Positions 11,453 to 23,374 of a stretch of 64,000 nucleotides of DNA are shown piece by piece. Position 1 is the stretch's first letter. Every line of letters starts with the position of its first letter. The notes beneath the pieces were generated by a model. That model saw nothing but the letters and a program-made list of their open reading frames with translations. It did no database searches and was not told where the DNA came from. The stretch is from the NCBI GenBank assembly GCA_965178125.1, contig OZ237735.1:1922001-1986000 (forward strand), in the 5' to 3' direction. Source of the stretch: Bilabrum cf. latius. Taxonomy: Eukaryota. The position numbers and the translations under genes were made by a program.

Positions 11453-14201
11453 GGTCGGCGCCGCGCCCAGTGAATGGCGACGGGACCGATTTAAGTGCAC
11501 GCAACTATTTCGGGGCTCTGGCCAAATCTGGAACCGCCCATTATCTTGGGTAATTTTGGTACAACGTGATAATTAGTCCTATTAAATGATTTAATATGAT
11601 AGTATCGTGTGATATTGGCTGTGGAAAATCCTGTTAGACATCGTGATGCGCACCAGTGATACCATGAAGGGTCAGTACTCCCTGTTGCTTGGGTGCGGCT
11701 ACAAACATACACAAAGAGGGTTTTTGATCAAAACGCCTAGAATCGCACCCAAATCCAAGTAGCCATCGACTGTGATATTATCTGGAAAACGTTTTTGGTT
11801 AGCGTCGTGCCAGGCCTTGCCAAAGGCAATATCGCACTGCCCTGTCCGGGACATACATCCCCTGATTACAGGGCTCATAGGAGTTACTGCGCAAAATTGA
11901 GCCCGCAAATGTGTATTTGGATTTCATTTACATCCATTGTACCGGTATGCGTTAAATTGATCTCGTGCCGAACCGCCGGAACCGCACCGGGTCCACGAAG
12001 TGGTATGCCTGGCGCGGCTGGGCTTCGTTCGAGCCGAACCAAAACGCCCCCTTCGAGCGCATGTCAGCCCGTAGAACCCCGTGACGGCTGAAGACGAAAC
12101 CTCGAGACTACCCTCCCGGACCGCGTTGTCGCCGTTGCTATCTGCAATCCCTGCTCCTGTGCCTGCTCGGCTGCGTCCTGCGCTTCCTGGTCCCCCAGCT
12201 CGTCTTCCTGTTCCTTCAGGTCGTCTTCGCCATCGCTGCCGTAGCGTTCAACCCCTTTCTTGTGCATGCCTGACCGCAACCGTTTGCGTTTACTCCCTGC
12301 CGTGATGCTCAAGACCGCGCTTGGCTCGCCTGCTCCCCCCCCATGCCCAGCGCTGCTTCTTTAATGTCTGCAGCCCGCCCTTTGCCCCCGCTTTTGGTCT
12401 TGCTCTTGCTCACGCCCTTCCACCCCCATGCCTTCTTGTCAGCGACGACAAATAGAAACGGCTCCAGGGACAGCTCCATCCAGCGTTCTCTACGACAGCC
12501 TCCAGCAAGTCTGCTCCAGCCAAACCGGAACAACCGCGAGGCCAGGTCCAGGATCTGATGCTCTCCCGCTTCTCTCTGTACTCGATCAGCAAAAAAGCGT
12601 CTCGGGCAGCATTCTTAGGCTCTGGCACCCCACTAGCGAACCGTCTCTCTCGGTTGGCCAGGATCCACAGCACTGCATGCCAACGCTGCACCAACGACCC
12701 CACCGAGCAGGGCCGCGCAACCCTGGATCGAGCGACCTTCGCCGCTGGTTGGGCGAGGCTCTCCGCCAGAAAGTGAGCATACCGTTGCCATTGCTCGGCG
12801 CAGACGCTGGGCCGCCGGTCGCCTCACCTCGCATTCTGCCTCGCCACGGGCGCAGCACGAGCACCTCAGGTCGCCCCTGCCACCCGGACCGGTGGTCCAG
12901 GTCCCGGAGCCGACCGCGCGGTGCCACAGCTCAACAGCTGCTTTCTAGTTCTCACTGCATCATTTAGATGCCTCATACTTTCCTTGGATGTTTCGCATAG
13001 CTGCAGAACGAGCGATGAAGTAGCCACGGTCGCACATGCAGAGGCTGCCGCAGATATGCCACCAAGCTATAGATGAACTCCTGCAAGCGCCAATGCCACA
13101 TTTTTAGGTGTCCAGCTAGTGATACAGACTTACAGGACACGAAGGTATGCAGAGGTAGGCCTCTTGCCGCGCACGTCCGCCAGTGCAGCGGCCGCCAGAG
13201 ACAATGCGCATGCGTATGCGACTGCGCATCGAGCCTCCTCAAGGTAATTTTGCTGCTGCTAGACAATTGCCTCCTCCTTCAGCTTATACTAGCGTTGCTA
13301 CGTCCGTGAATCCAGTTTTAGAGGCTGACCGTCCAAACCTAAGGACCTGTCCGGTTGGCCTACTCGATCTCTTGCCTTGATCGAGGTGGATTACGTCTGC
13401 GAAACTCATTGGAACAGAGCCGTAGCACGTAATCTACAAATAATTTAAAGATAGCGCCATCAACGTCGCCAAATATGCATATTCATCGATCATATCAACC
13501 AAAATCTGTAAAGCGCACCACCATCTTTGAAGCCCATTTGCAAAAATACGCCATCTTGAATTTCGCTCAAAATCTATCAAACGGAAGAAAACCGTACAAT
13601 ATTGCAGTACACGGACGGAGAAAGTGTGCAATTGGATCGTGGGCACGCCAAGACCCCATGAGGAGACCCTCATTCGGCTGCTACAATCAGCACAGCGCCC
13701 ATATACACTCAAGGAAGACAAAAATTGCGCGAAACGCTGTATATTCCGATTCAATTCATACAATTCTACGCAAAACATAGAGAAAACAATGCAAAAGCTG
13801 CCCAGGTACTGATTTCGGCTCTGCCAGAAAGCTCGCTCGGGAGTGCTACACGTACCACCCGATGCACCATCCATTTTTCAAGATCCGACATAAATAACCC
13901 CAAAATATGATATATTGTACAACTCTGTCTGACATAAAAATGGCGGTTTTTGAGATATTGCCTAAATCTCGAGAAAATCGCGATTGAGTGCCAGGCGAGC
14001 AGCGCCTCACCTTGTCGGACGGGCCAGTAGAGCTATTTGCAGGATGCATGACCTCGGATCCAGCGGACCAATCGAATTCAATAATCAATTCAATGGTATT
14101 GGCATACTCTCGAAAGAATGCATTCAGTGGGAGCCGAGAAAAGTGGCTGTAAAAAATCCGGAACCCTCTCCCGTCGCCATTCACTGGGCGCGGCGCCGAC
14201 C
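11453..14201. mobile_element. Putative non-autonomous DNA transposon (2749 bp) with 33-bp TIRs and 5-bp TSD
   Basis: GGTCGGCGCCGCGCCCAGTGAATGGCGACGGGA at 11453-11485 is the exact reverse complement of 14169-14201. AAAAT flanks both ends (11448-11452 and 14202-14206). Subterminal regions are AT-rich. No intact transposase recognised. Confidence 0.85.
12960..13409 (-). CDS. Small intron-containing hypothetical protein inside the TIR element
   Basis: Reads PLKLDSRT*QR*YKLKEEAIV*QQQNYLEEARC... with TAG=Gln. A clean 53-nt intron at 13081-13133 (GTAAGT...CTAA...TGCAG) joins in frame to SSSIAWWHICGSLCMCDRGYFIAR...EASK-TGA. First exon (MSFAD) and first intron are tentative. Confidence 0.5.
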
Positions 14202-14282
14202 AAAATGCTCTCTGGTCGCACGGGAATTCGGAGCCTTTTCCGTTGAATCGTCGCCGAGTTCCACAGCGATTCCAAGCACAAC

Positions 14283-14836
14283 ATGGCGGCATCTGGATAC
14301 GTAGCAAAGCCTGTGGAAAAAGGAAAGCATCCGGTCAAGCCTGCGCCTCACAAAAGGTGGGGCAGACAGCGCGACAATCGCATGTCTACCCAGCCGTTTG
14401 CACCACATTAATGCTTCGCTACCTATGTTCATCGCGCAGGTTTCCTGTTGACGCTGCTTAGGCTTTAATGAAGGAAGTTCTTAGCGAAAAACTCAAGGCG
14501 CGTCCCGACTACAATACGGAGATGGGGCGCGAGCTTGCCGAGGAAATTAAGAAGCGATTAAAAGGTTGGATAATTTTGCACAGACAGCCTGCCGCATTAT
14601 TCTCATGAACCCGAGTGTGCGACATTATATTATCCTCGAATGCAATGTCCGCAGGATTGGATCTCCCCAGGTTCAAGATTTTGGTGAAGGTGGTAGTTGG
14701 GGAAAATCGTGGCGAAGGAATTCGAATCGGAAGCAGATAGTTTTGGGACGAGACTACGGACGCCATGGCCACAGAATCATTCGTAAATGATAAGGTTTTC
14801 GCCTGTGCGACGGCGTACGCCGTGTATTTGCCTTAA
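14283..14836 (+). CDS. Tctex1-domain dynein light chain (TCTEX1D2-like)
   Basis: Introns 14357-14439 and 14565-14654. Product MAASG...RFPVDAA*ALMKEVL...LPRFKILVKVVVGENRGEGIRIGSR*FWDETTDAMATESFVNDKVFACATAYAVYLP-TAA. Missed by the ORF track. Confidence 0.85.
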
Positions 14837-14885
14837 GAAAAGAACGAGTATACATGAGTTCGGATTGATCATCCGCTCGCTCAAA

Positions 14886-15930
14886 TCAATAGGTGGCCCG
14901 TCCACCCGTGGCATCAAATGTGAACCCCGTCGTGAATGAGCAGTCCTTGCTGGCAATGAACCGGGCCAGAGCGGCGATCTCGGGGATCTCTCCTGTCCTC
15001 TTCATGGGAATCTTGTCGGTCATGTACTTGACCTGCGAGTCGGGCATGGCGTCCACCATGGCGGTGCGGATCACAGCTGGCGCGATGCCGTTGACAGTCA
15101 CGCCAGTCTCGGCGTATTCCTTGCCCATGACCTTGGTCAGGCCGATCACGGCGGCCTTGGAGGTCGAGTAAGCCAGCATGCCGGCGTTGCCCTCCTTGCC
15201 GGCAATCGAGGCGATGTTGATTACCCTTCCGAATCCACGCTCGCGCATCCCTGGCAGCACAGCCTTGCACCCGAGGAAGATACCCTTTGTGTTGATGCGG
15301 TACACCAGGTCGAAGTTGTCGGGGTCCACGTCCTCGCTGAGCTTGATGCCCGTCTTGCCAGTGATGCCAGCGCTTTGGATCAAAACGTCCACAGATCCAA
15401 ACTTGGCAGTCTGCGGTGGGGCTTAAGTTACAGATTCTACGTGTTGCTCATGCATTCACTGCCCGCAGGGACTGGGCAGCAGAGCGGCAACCACGGATTC
15501 CGTCGACTCACAGCGCCAGAGACCGCCTCCTTCCAGCTATCCAGGTCCGTCACGTCAGCTTTGTGGGTCAACACATCAATGCACCCGCTCTCCTCAAGAG
15601 TTGCTTTCGCCTTCGCAAGAGCTTCCTGCGTATTAGCAATAGGATCGCGATCTTGCTGGAACCCGGCATCCATAGTGGAGCATGCAGACCCAAATGAAAA
15701 CTAGGAACGGCTGACACTTATGAAATAGTAATACAATAGTATATGATATAGTAATACAATATTACGGCCTGAATAAGCGTGCAGGATTGTCTCACCTCGT
15801 TGATATCCAGCAGTACCAAGTTGTGGTCCTTGCCCATCTCGGAGGCGATTCCAAACCCAATCCCTGAGGCTCCACCAGTAATCATACATGTCAATTTCTT
15901 TGTGGCAGAGCTTTCGCTTGCACCAGCCAT
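14886..15930 (-). CDS. Short-chain dehydrogenase/reductase (classical SDR), 2 introns
   Basis: TGGASGIG Rossmann motif, ADVTD, SAGITG, INIASIAGKEGN, catalytic YSTSK, and C-terminal FDATGGRATY resembling sugar-acid-type SDRs. Ends in TGA. Confidence 0.88.
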
Positions 15931-16402
15931 TTTGATCTTTAGATTGAGCTGAAGTGCGTCGCTGACGATTCACGTCCCCAACATGGGGCCAGGTGGCCCC
16001 GGGGGTAATCCCGCGAGTTTGCGACCAACGGTTCGCCCGGAGGAGTGTGCGACTGGCCGTCGCGCTTCCCAGCCTCATTTCTGGTGGAACCAGAGGGTCA
16101 ATCGCACCTTTCCTACCGGACGATCCTATTACAAGGCAAATTAGATCCCTGCAGTCCATTGTATTGGCGGCATTACAGAAGCACTGCTTTGAGTGTTGAC
16201 ATCCAACGCACGTCGCTGTCAGTTGCAACGAACGGATTCTTCCAAGACGGCAGTGATCCCTCCCAGGCACCGCATAGAGGCCAATAGTGTCACACCTTTG
16301 ATTTGTGATACTTTTACGCACCTGCGTAGGTGTTTTGTGGCCTCTAGTTTCTCGTGAGCGGCAGGCTCTAGCGATTGCTGCAGCCCGTGGCAGCTTGGAA
16401 CG

Positions 16403-19400
16403 ATGGCCTCTGCAGTTGCAATTAGCGCGGCGAGGCGCGGCCAAACTGATAGGCAACATCGAGCAGATGAAGAGCGCGATGCGGACCGGTACGATGATGG
16501 AGACTTCGGCAGAACTAGTAGTAGCCGACAAGGACGCCAAGACACTAACCCTTTCGCTGCAAGGCAGAATGCAGACGATTCGCAGCAGCACACAATTGCT
16601 AGGTCAATGCTAGCAAGCTAGTTGAGACAGAATCCCGATCTGATCCGTCAAGTCAAGGACCCGGAGGCTCGGCGACACCTGGAAGAGGCTCGTGATTTTA
16701 CTGCCAAGGCCAAGGCTGCAACGCAGCGAAACTCCGCCACACCGGATGTGAATTTGCCGCCCACTGCCGACGATCAAGACAACGATCCAGATTATGCGCT
16801 TACCAATGAGCAGCGCTCGATGGTATCTCGAGGTGGAAGAATGCAGGCCTGGCGGGAGGACATGTCACCGGAGGAGCAGCGCAAGCTCGACCTCGCTATC
16901 AAGGGGCAGCTGCCCAGAACTGTAGGATCTGGCGGCAGCGCAGACAAGCGCAGGAGGAGAAGCAGCGCTGCTGACGCTCTCCTGCAGGCCTCTCGCAACG
17001 CAGACAGCGCAGCCGGCGGTTCGGTACTCTCCCAAGGGGCCCTGCGCTCGGCCACTGCCGGCTCCTCGAGCAAGAGCACGAGGACGGTGGCTGAGAGCAA
17101 GGTCGGGCCCAGCGGGACCCGGCGATAGTCTAGGCGGTACTCCATGCGGTCGCAGGGCTCGAAGCGCCCAGGTGCAGACGATGATGACCCGGGAGTAGTC
17201 CAGAGGGGGGGGCAGGTGATGCTAGGGTACGACGAGCAGCCCTGCGTGATACCTCAGAATCACCCTTTCATGCGGGGCTGGGACGTGGTCATGCTGGCCT
17301 TGCTCGTGTTTACTGCGGTGGTGACCCCTTTTGAGGTGGCCTTCCTGGCGTCAACGGAATACGATGCCATGTTCTTCGTGAACGTGGTGGTGTCTATTCT
17401 CTTCCTCTCCGATCTCGTGATCAACTTCTTCCTGCCTTACACGGACATCAAGACCGGCGTGGAGGTAGATGACAATATTGATATTGCGTACAACTACCTG
17501 ACCGGCTGGTTTGTGCTGGATTTCGTCTCGATCTTCCCCTTCGACGTGATTGCAGCAGAAACGGGCGGAGAGGAGACGGCTGGCAGGCTAAGGATCATCC
17601 GCACAATCCGGCTGCTAAAGTTGGCGAAGCTGTTGAGAATTGTGCGTGCCAACCGGATCTTCACGAGATGGAGAAATCTCATCGGGCTCACGTACAGCAT
17701 GGTCCAGCTGCTGCAGTTCCTGGTCGTGATCATGGTGCTGGCCCACTGGAGTGCTTGCGTGTTTTACCTATGGAGCTCTCTGTTCATGGATGACTACGAT
17801 ACGTCTTATATTGCGGAGGCTGGACTCGTCGAGAGTAAGCCATGGACATCGTACCTGGTTTCCCTGTATTGGGCCACGTGAGACACATCCCTTGCCGTTG
17901 GTGCCTCGCGCTAGTCCCATTTCTCGCTGTCTACTTGTACTGCTTGGTTCGTCTCGCACACGTGTACTCCATACTCTCGCAGGGCTACGATCAGTACAAT
18001 CGGTTATGGCGACGTGAATCCAGTCAATACTGCAGAGCGTGGGATGGGCGTGCTGCTGATGCTGATCGGTGGCGGCCTGTACGCGTACACCGTTGGTGCA
18101 GTCTATGGGCTCATCTCGACGTACGACGGCGCCACCATCGAGTACAGGAGGATGCTTGACAACTTGAACATGTACACAAAGGAGTACAAGCTCCCGCCTG
18201 ACCTGAAGCAGGACCTCCGGGACTACTTTGGCCATTGCCAGAAACTGATGCGCGCGCAGTTCTACCGCGACCTCTTGCGGCAGATGTCACCGGAGCTCCG
18301 GGGCCGCGTGGCTAGCTACTTGCACAAGCCGTGGATCAGTCACATTCCGTTCTTCAATGTGGACAAGCCATCTGAGAACAAGGCCTTCATCACAGCAGTT
18401 GCCATGAACCTGGAGGCTGCCGTGTTCGCCAGGAAGGAGCACGTGGTGAGGCAGAACGAGACGCTGACCAAGATGGTTATCATCTAGAAAGGCCTCGCCA
18501 CACGGTGGGATACAGGTCAGATTGTCCGCAGGGGTGCATTCTTTGGGGAGGAGATGATCATGAGCCGGGCGCAGTCACACACGACCTACCAGGCCGTGAC
18601 TTTCCTGGACGTGTACTTCCTAACAAAGAAGTCCCTGCAGCGCATTTTGGAGAGCGGCGACTTCGAGAAGACCAGACAGAAAATTCGGTTCGCCATCATT
18701 CGATTAGCCCTTCGACGAGAACTGAAGCTGGCCATGGCGCTGATCCGAATGCAGAACTCCATGCTGGGCCAGCAGCCGGGTGTGGCGAACGTGCCCGGTG
18801 CGACCAACGCTATCGCGCGTGGCGGCTCAAATGGCTCCATGGACGCATCGGGAGAGAAAGAAGTCACGAACACCACGGTGGGTGGTGCTGTCGCTCAGAT
18901 TAGCGAGATGGATTCGCAGTCTGACGCAGCCGGAGATGCTCGCCTCGTCACCAGCAAGAGCATCCGAATGGCCAAGGAGCAGCAGGAAGAGGCTGCCGAG
19001 ACCACTCAGATGACGAACCTCACTGAAATTTTGATTCACAAGGGTTTAGTGAAGCGAGACTTTGTGGAAATGAAGCGAAGGAGCTCTGTCGCTGCCACGA
19101 ACCAGCTGTGGAGACGGAACTCCAAGTCCAGTGATGACCCCGAACGACAGGAGGCGAAGAAGAGGGCGAAAGAGGCAGCAGAGCGGCACGCCAAGATGAA
19201 TCCCGACTACCAGCGACTATTGGATGCTTCGACTCCCTCGAGTGGGGCTGGATCTGGTGGCTTCTCGCCGACTCGAAAGTCAAAGCGACACGGCAGCATG
19301 ATCGTGCAAACCAAGGACCCCCTGCTGCCCGAGCAGCCACATCTTCAGGACATCCAGGCCGCCCGTGCTAGGGTTCGGTGGATGAAGGAAAACGGAGAAA

Positions 19401-21340
19401 TGGAGCCGGACTTCACCCCTCCTGACTCGTAGGATATGCAAAGAGGCGGGCGCACGATTTTAGCCAAGGCCAAGTCGCACATGGCCGTCCCTTTCGCTAC
19501 GCAGCAAGCCCAGGGGGCCAGAGGCCATCGAAGGCGCAGCGGTGCCTCGAGGCTCGTTCACAAGATGCATACTGCACAGGAAGAGTCAAGAGAGGAGGAC
19601 TCGAGCCCTAGAAAGTACGAATCAAGGCAGTAGCGCCAAGCGGCTGTGAACCAAGGCAGCGTGCTGGAGAGAGGCGGAGCCATGGGATCTGAGAGCGATG
19701 ACGACGTTGATAGTTTGGTACCAGGGGGAATCGGCCAGCCTATCTAGCGCAGGCAATCTCCGGAGCCCATCTCGCTTGGGCTCAAGAAGAAGTAGTCCCA
19801 CGCCGACAGGCCTGTGGTGCCAGGCCGTACCGTGATTCGGACTCAGCCCGTTGAACTCCCAGGTACCCCGGCCGGTGTTGTTGCCCAAGGTACCCCATCG
19901 CATTTGAGACGAGTAGGTACCGCACAGACTGCTGTTCACGAGTTTGATGCTGCCAGAGATGTCGGGGATGCCGAGGACACTCCACTCAAGCCGCTTGGTG
20001 GTGGAGCTGCATCGACGGATGCGGCTGAAGCAAGGGACCACCACGCCTCCATCCGTTCGGTGCGGATGCGCAGGAAAAGCGCCCCTGGCACCTCCGGCAC
20101 ATCTCAGGAGGTCTTTAAGAGCGCTGCCAAGCAAGAAGAAGAAGAAGCAGCAGCAGTAGGTGCGACAAGCCAAGGTCGTAGCCCTGCAAGAAGCGGTCTG
20201 AGAGTAGTCGCGACGGGACTGCCTGACAGCGACTCGGAGGGAGGCTCTAGCCAAACCCCTGCAGGTGCCAGCGTTAGTGTCGGTGGAGAGATTCTCGATA
20301 GATCAGTATCTCGTCGCGGCCTAGGCAGTGTCAATGGAAAGGTGGACGATGCTGGGTCTGACCTGGAGGCCAAGGGGCACAGCCTGTCGTCTCGAAACGG
20401 CGGTGCTGCCCCGAAACCTGCAGAGCTTGGCTAGCCGACCACAGCGTCTCGACCGCCTGTGCAGCCAAAGCCGAAGGGAGGGCGGCGGATGAGTCGCGCC
20501 GGTCTTATCGAGCTTGACAAGCAGGTTGCCCTGAAACGCACGCACTCCGTGGGACAGGCGCTCGGGCACCGGGCTGACGACCCCGCTGACATGAAGCGAG
20601 CCTTCAACAGCATCAAGCGAAAGATGAACCCACTAGCCAGGGAGATGTGGCGCAACCAACTCATCAAAAAGTATGGCATGAATCCGGACGACGCATCCAG
20701 GGTGGTGGAGGACCCAAGTCAGAGAGAGGTTGTCATTTACACCCAAGAGGGCCGGCGAGTCGTGTTTGACCCCAAGCAGATCGGTGCCACTGGGCCTGTG
20801 CAGGGTGGTTTCAACCCCTCCCTGGCCTCCAACATGCCAGCAGCCAGCATGGCAGCGGGGCGACACAGTGGGTAGGAGCTCACTCTGATGCCACGATCGT
20901 CATTCCATGCACCCGCTGGAGCTGCGGGTCATGCCAGGGCTCCCAGCAGCGGATATTCACCCAGCCTTCCCGTTTCCGTAGACGACCGAGGTGTCAGTGG
21001 GGGCGTTCAGCTTTCTCCGGATGCTGCAGAGAGGGGCATTCGCGAGCAATTCTCAGTCGTTCCGATCATGGACAAGTTGGAGGGCGTGTCATTGGTGACT
21101 AAGGGGATGGCTGAGCGTGTGCGCCACCTGGCAAACGCCAACTCTGAGCTACAGGTACAAAACAGGAAGATGGACCAGCAGATTCAGCAGGCACTGGCGC
21201 TAATCGAACGCAATAATTTGCAGATGCACCAGGTGCTGTATCGCATGTGGACTGGGATGATCGGCATGTGCGTGGTTGCAGCTCTTATCATCGCGATAGT
21301 CATAGCGTCGCTTGTTGTTGTTCTGAACACAGCCAGGTGA
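16403..21340 (+). CDS. Cyclic-nucleotide-binding-domain K+ channel (KCNH/CNG/HCN-like), ~1610 aa, with long C-tail ending in a coiled coil plus TM helix
   Basis: WDVVMLALLVFTAVVTPFEVAF, YLTGWFVLDFVSIFPFD, S4 LRIIRTIRLLKLAKLLR, filter TISTIGYGD after intron 17878-17982, C-linker and CNBD (MVII*KG, GAFFGEE). Nine ORF fragments join through TAG only. Ends in TGA. Confidence 0.87.
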
Positions 21341-21519
21341 CAGTCGTGTGTTCTACCCGGATGGCGCCCACGCACTGGTTGGGCTCGGAATGACGACCAT
21401 GACAGGGGCAGAGACATAGTTGCTGACATGTGACGTGCAAATAGAGGACATTTATAAGTACCCATTTTTTTGTGCATTTCTGTCACAATCTCAATGATAA
21501 TCGACCCGGGCCGATGCTC

Positions 21520-23220
21520 TCACGTCGCCGCCGGAACCTCGCGCAGGCAGTTCCCCAGCCGCTTGAGTGCCTCCTCCATTGCAGCAGCGTCCAGCATGGA
21601 GAAACTAGCGCGAATGAATGGGCTCTTTCGCGGAGTGCCATCTGCATTCTTCGGACAGAATACGTGACCGGGCAGCAAGAGCACCTTGGACTCTTCGGCT
21701 GCGGTCTTAACAAGGGCGGTAGTGTCCTCCAGAGTGGTCTTGATCCAGAAGAACATGCCTGCCTCGGGGACTACGAGCTGCACCTTGTCCGCAGGGAGAT
21801 GCGCGCGAGCCAGCGTCGCAAAGGTAGCGCAGCGAGACCGGTACAGTCCGGCTACGTGCCTCACATGGTCTGCAAATCGACCAAGGTGCGCAGTTCGACG
21901 AGTCTCGCCGCTGGCGGCCGATGCAGCTCCTGCGGTGCGCACATCGCCCGAAGCCACGCTTGATGCTGCCCCAGCGCCGTCCTCTCCGCTGGCCCGTGCA
22001 TCGTCGCCTGCGCTCCAGTGCCTCAGAGTTGCGCACAGCATCGCCTGCGAGAGTCCCGAGGCGTGGAGGTCGCTGGCCTGCCCATCTAGCTCCATTCGCT
22101 CGATCAGCGTACGGGGACCGGCTGCACATCCCATTCTGAGCCCGCCTGCAATAATCTTGCTGAATGAATCCAGCCGTAAGACCCGGCCGTCCGTGTCCAG
22201 CTGCAAGAAGGAGGCGATCGGTCGTGGGAGCTCTGAGAGAGGTCCGAAGGATCCACCCGCACCCGCACCCGTACCCGCACCCGCACCCGCACCCGCACCC
22301 GCACCCGCACCCGCACCCGCACCCGCATCAGCGCCAGATGCCCCATCACCTGAGGCAGACGCATCGCCGCTCTCCGATGCTGGTGGATCAGCAGCAGCAG
22401 TTCCTGGGGTAGAGTCGGCATGGCCAGCACCTGCATCCTCGACTACCGGGTATCTCAGCCAGTAGTACGGGTCGTCCTCGATGATGGCCAAGCCCAGCTC
22501 TTTGCATGCTTCATAAATCTCTCTGCGGCGCGACTCCGGCATGGTGTTCCCTGTGGGGTTGCCCCCATTTGGAACCAAGTACACAACTCGTGGGGCCGCG
22601 GCTTTCTCGGCTGGAGCTTCGCTTGTAGGGTCCCAGGCCCTCGCAGCTGCTGCAGGCCACGAAGAACAAACCGATCTCAGCGCTGACGGCAGCATCCCCT
22701 TCCCATCACACCGGGCTGCGATGGCTCGAACACCAAGTCCTTGGAGTAAGGCGAGCGTACCAGGGTATGTGGCGGCCTCTACAATCACAGAGTCGCCTGG
22801 ATCGCAAAGCGCCTCCAGACCCTTTCCAAGCAAACTCTGGCTGCCTGTCCCTACCATTAAGCTGAGGCGCTCATCGGTGCACTGGGCAATACTTAAGTTG
22901 TGTTCTTGAATACTCATATTTCGCAGGCGCTTTAGAAGCGGCGCAATCCCTGCTGTTGGCGAGTAGCTCAATGCGAGCCGCACCTCATCACCTTCAAGAC
23001 CCACTGTTTCAGAGGGGTGCTATGGTTCATGTTCATCAAAGCAACTTCCACCCACACGAACTTCGAATTTGACCATCGAAATTGGCACTGCAGAGGAGTT
23101 TGGAGTGCCTGCACCGAGCGATAGGATTGACTTGTCCTTTTGCAGGATTTTAGCAAGCTCTCGTATGGCACTTGGTTCCCTACGGCCAGCCTTCTTCGAA
23201 AATACGAAGGAGAAAGACAT
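21520..23220 (-). CDS. PLP-dependent class I aminotransferase (kynurenine/2-aminoadipate aminotransferase-like), 566 aa
   Basis: RREPSAIREL, LSLGAGTPN, ALSYSPTAG, GTGSQ, GGNPTG, IIEDDPYY and RLDSFSKIIAGGLRMG. ORFs 23020-23220 and 21520-23004 join through one TAG. Ends in TGA. Confidence 0.9.
22254..22328. repeat. (GCACCC)n hexamer microsatellite, ~12 copies, encoding a Gly-Ala tract
   Basis: Seen directly; lies inside the aminotransferase CDS. Confidence 0.95.
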
Positions 23221-23374
23221 TATGCTGCAGACTACGCGCTGTCAGTGCTGCACCCGCCTGCTCAAGGCTTGTGTGTATTTCGGAAGCAAATATGCGCGGA
23301 ACGTTCACGAACTCTGGCCAACGCCAATCCACCAGTGACCGCGGCGACTGTCACGTGAAAGCCACAGCGCCCAA

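Noticed and set aside
11453-14201. Autonomous transposon, Fanzor/TnpB, or endogenous virophage/Polinton
   Set aside because: No DDE, RuvC, integrase, polymerase or capsid motifs were recognisable in any frame; the element is only 2.7 kb with short TIRs.
6006-15930. AKR and SDR as a sugar-catabolism gene cluster
   Set aside because: They are separated by an ion channel, a transposon and a dynein light chain; nothing supports co-function.
15701-16593. Minus-strand ORFs 15701-16591 and 16219-16593
   Set aside because: No recognisable motifs; they overlap the SDR first exon, the promoter gap and the antisense of the channel 5' end.
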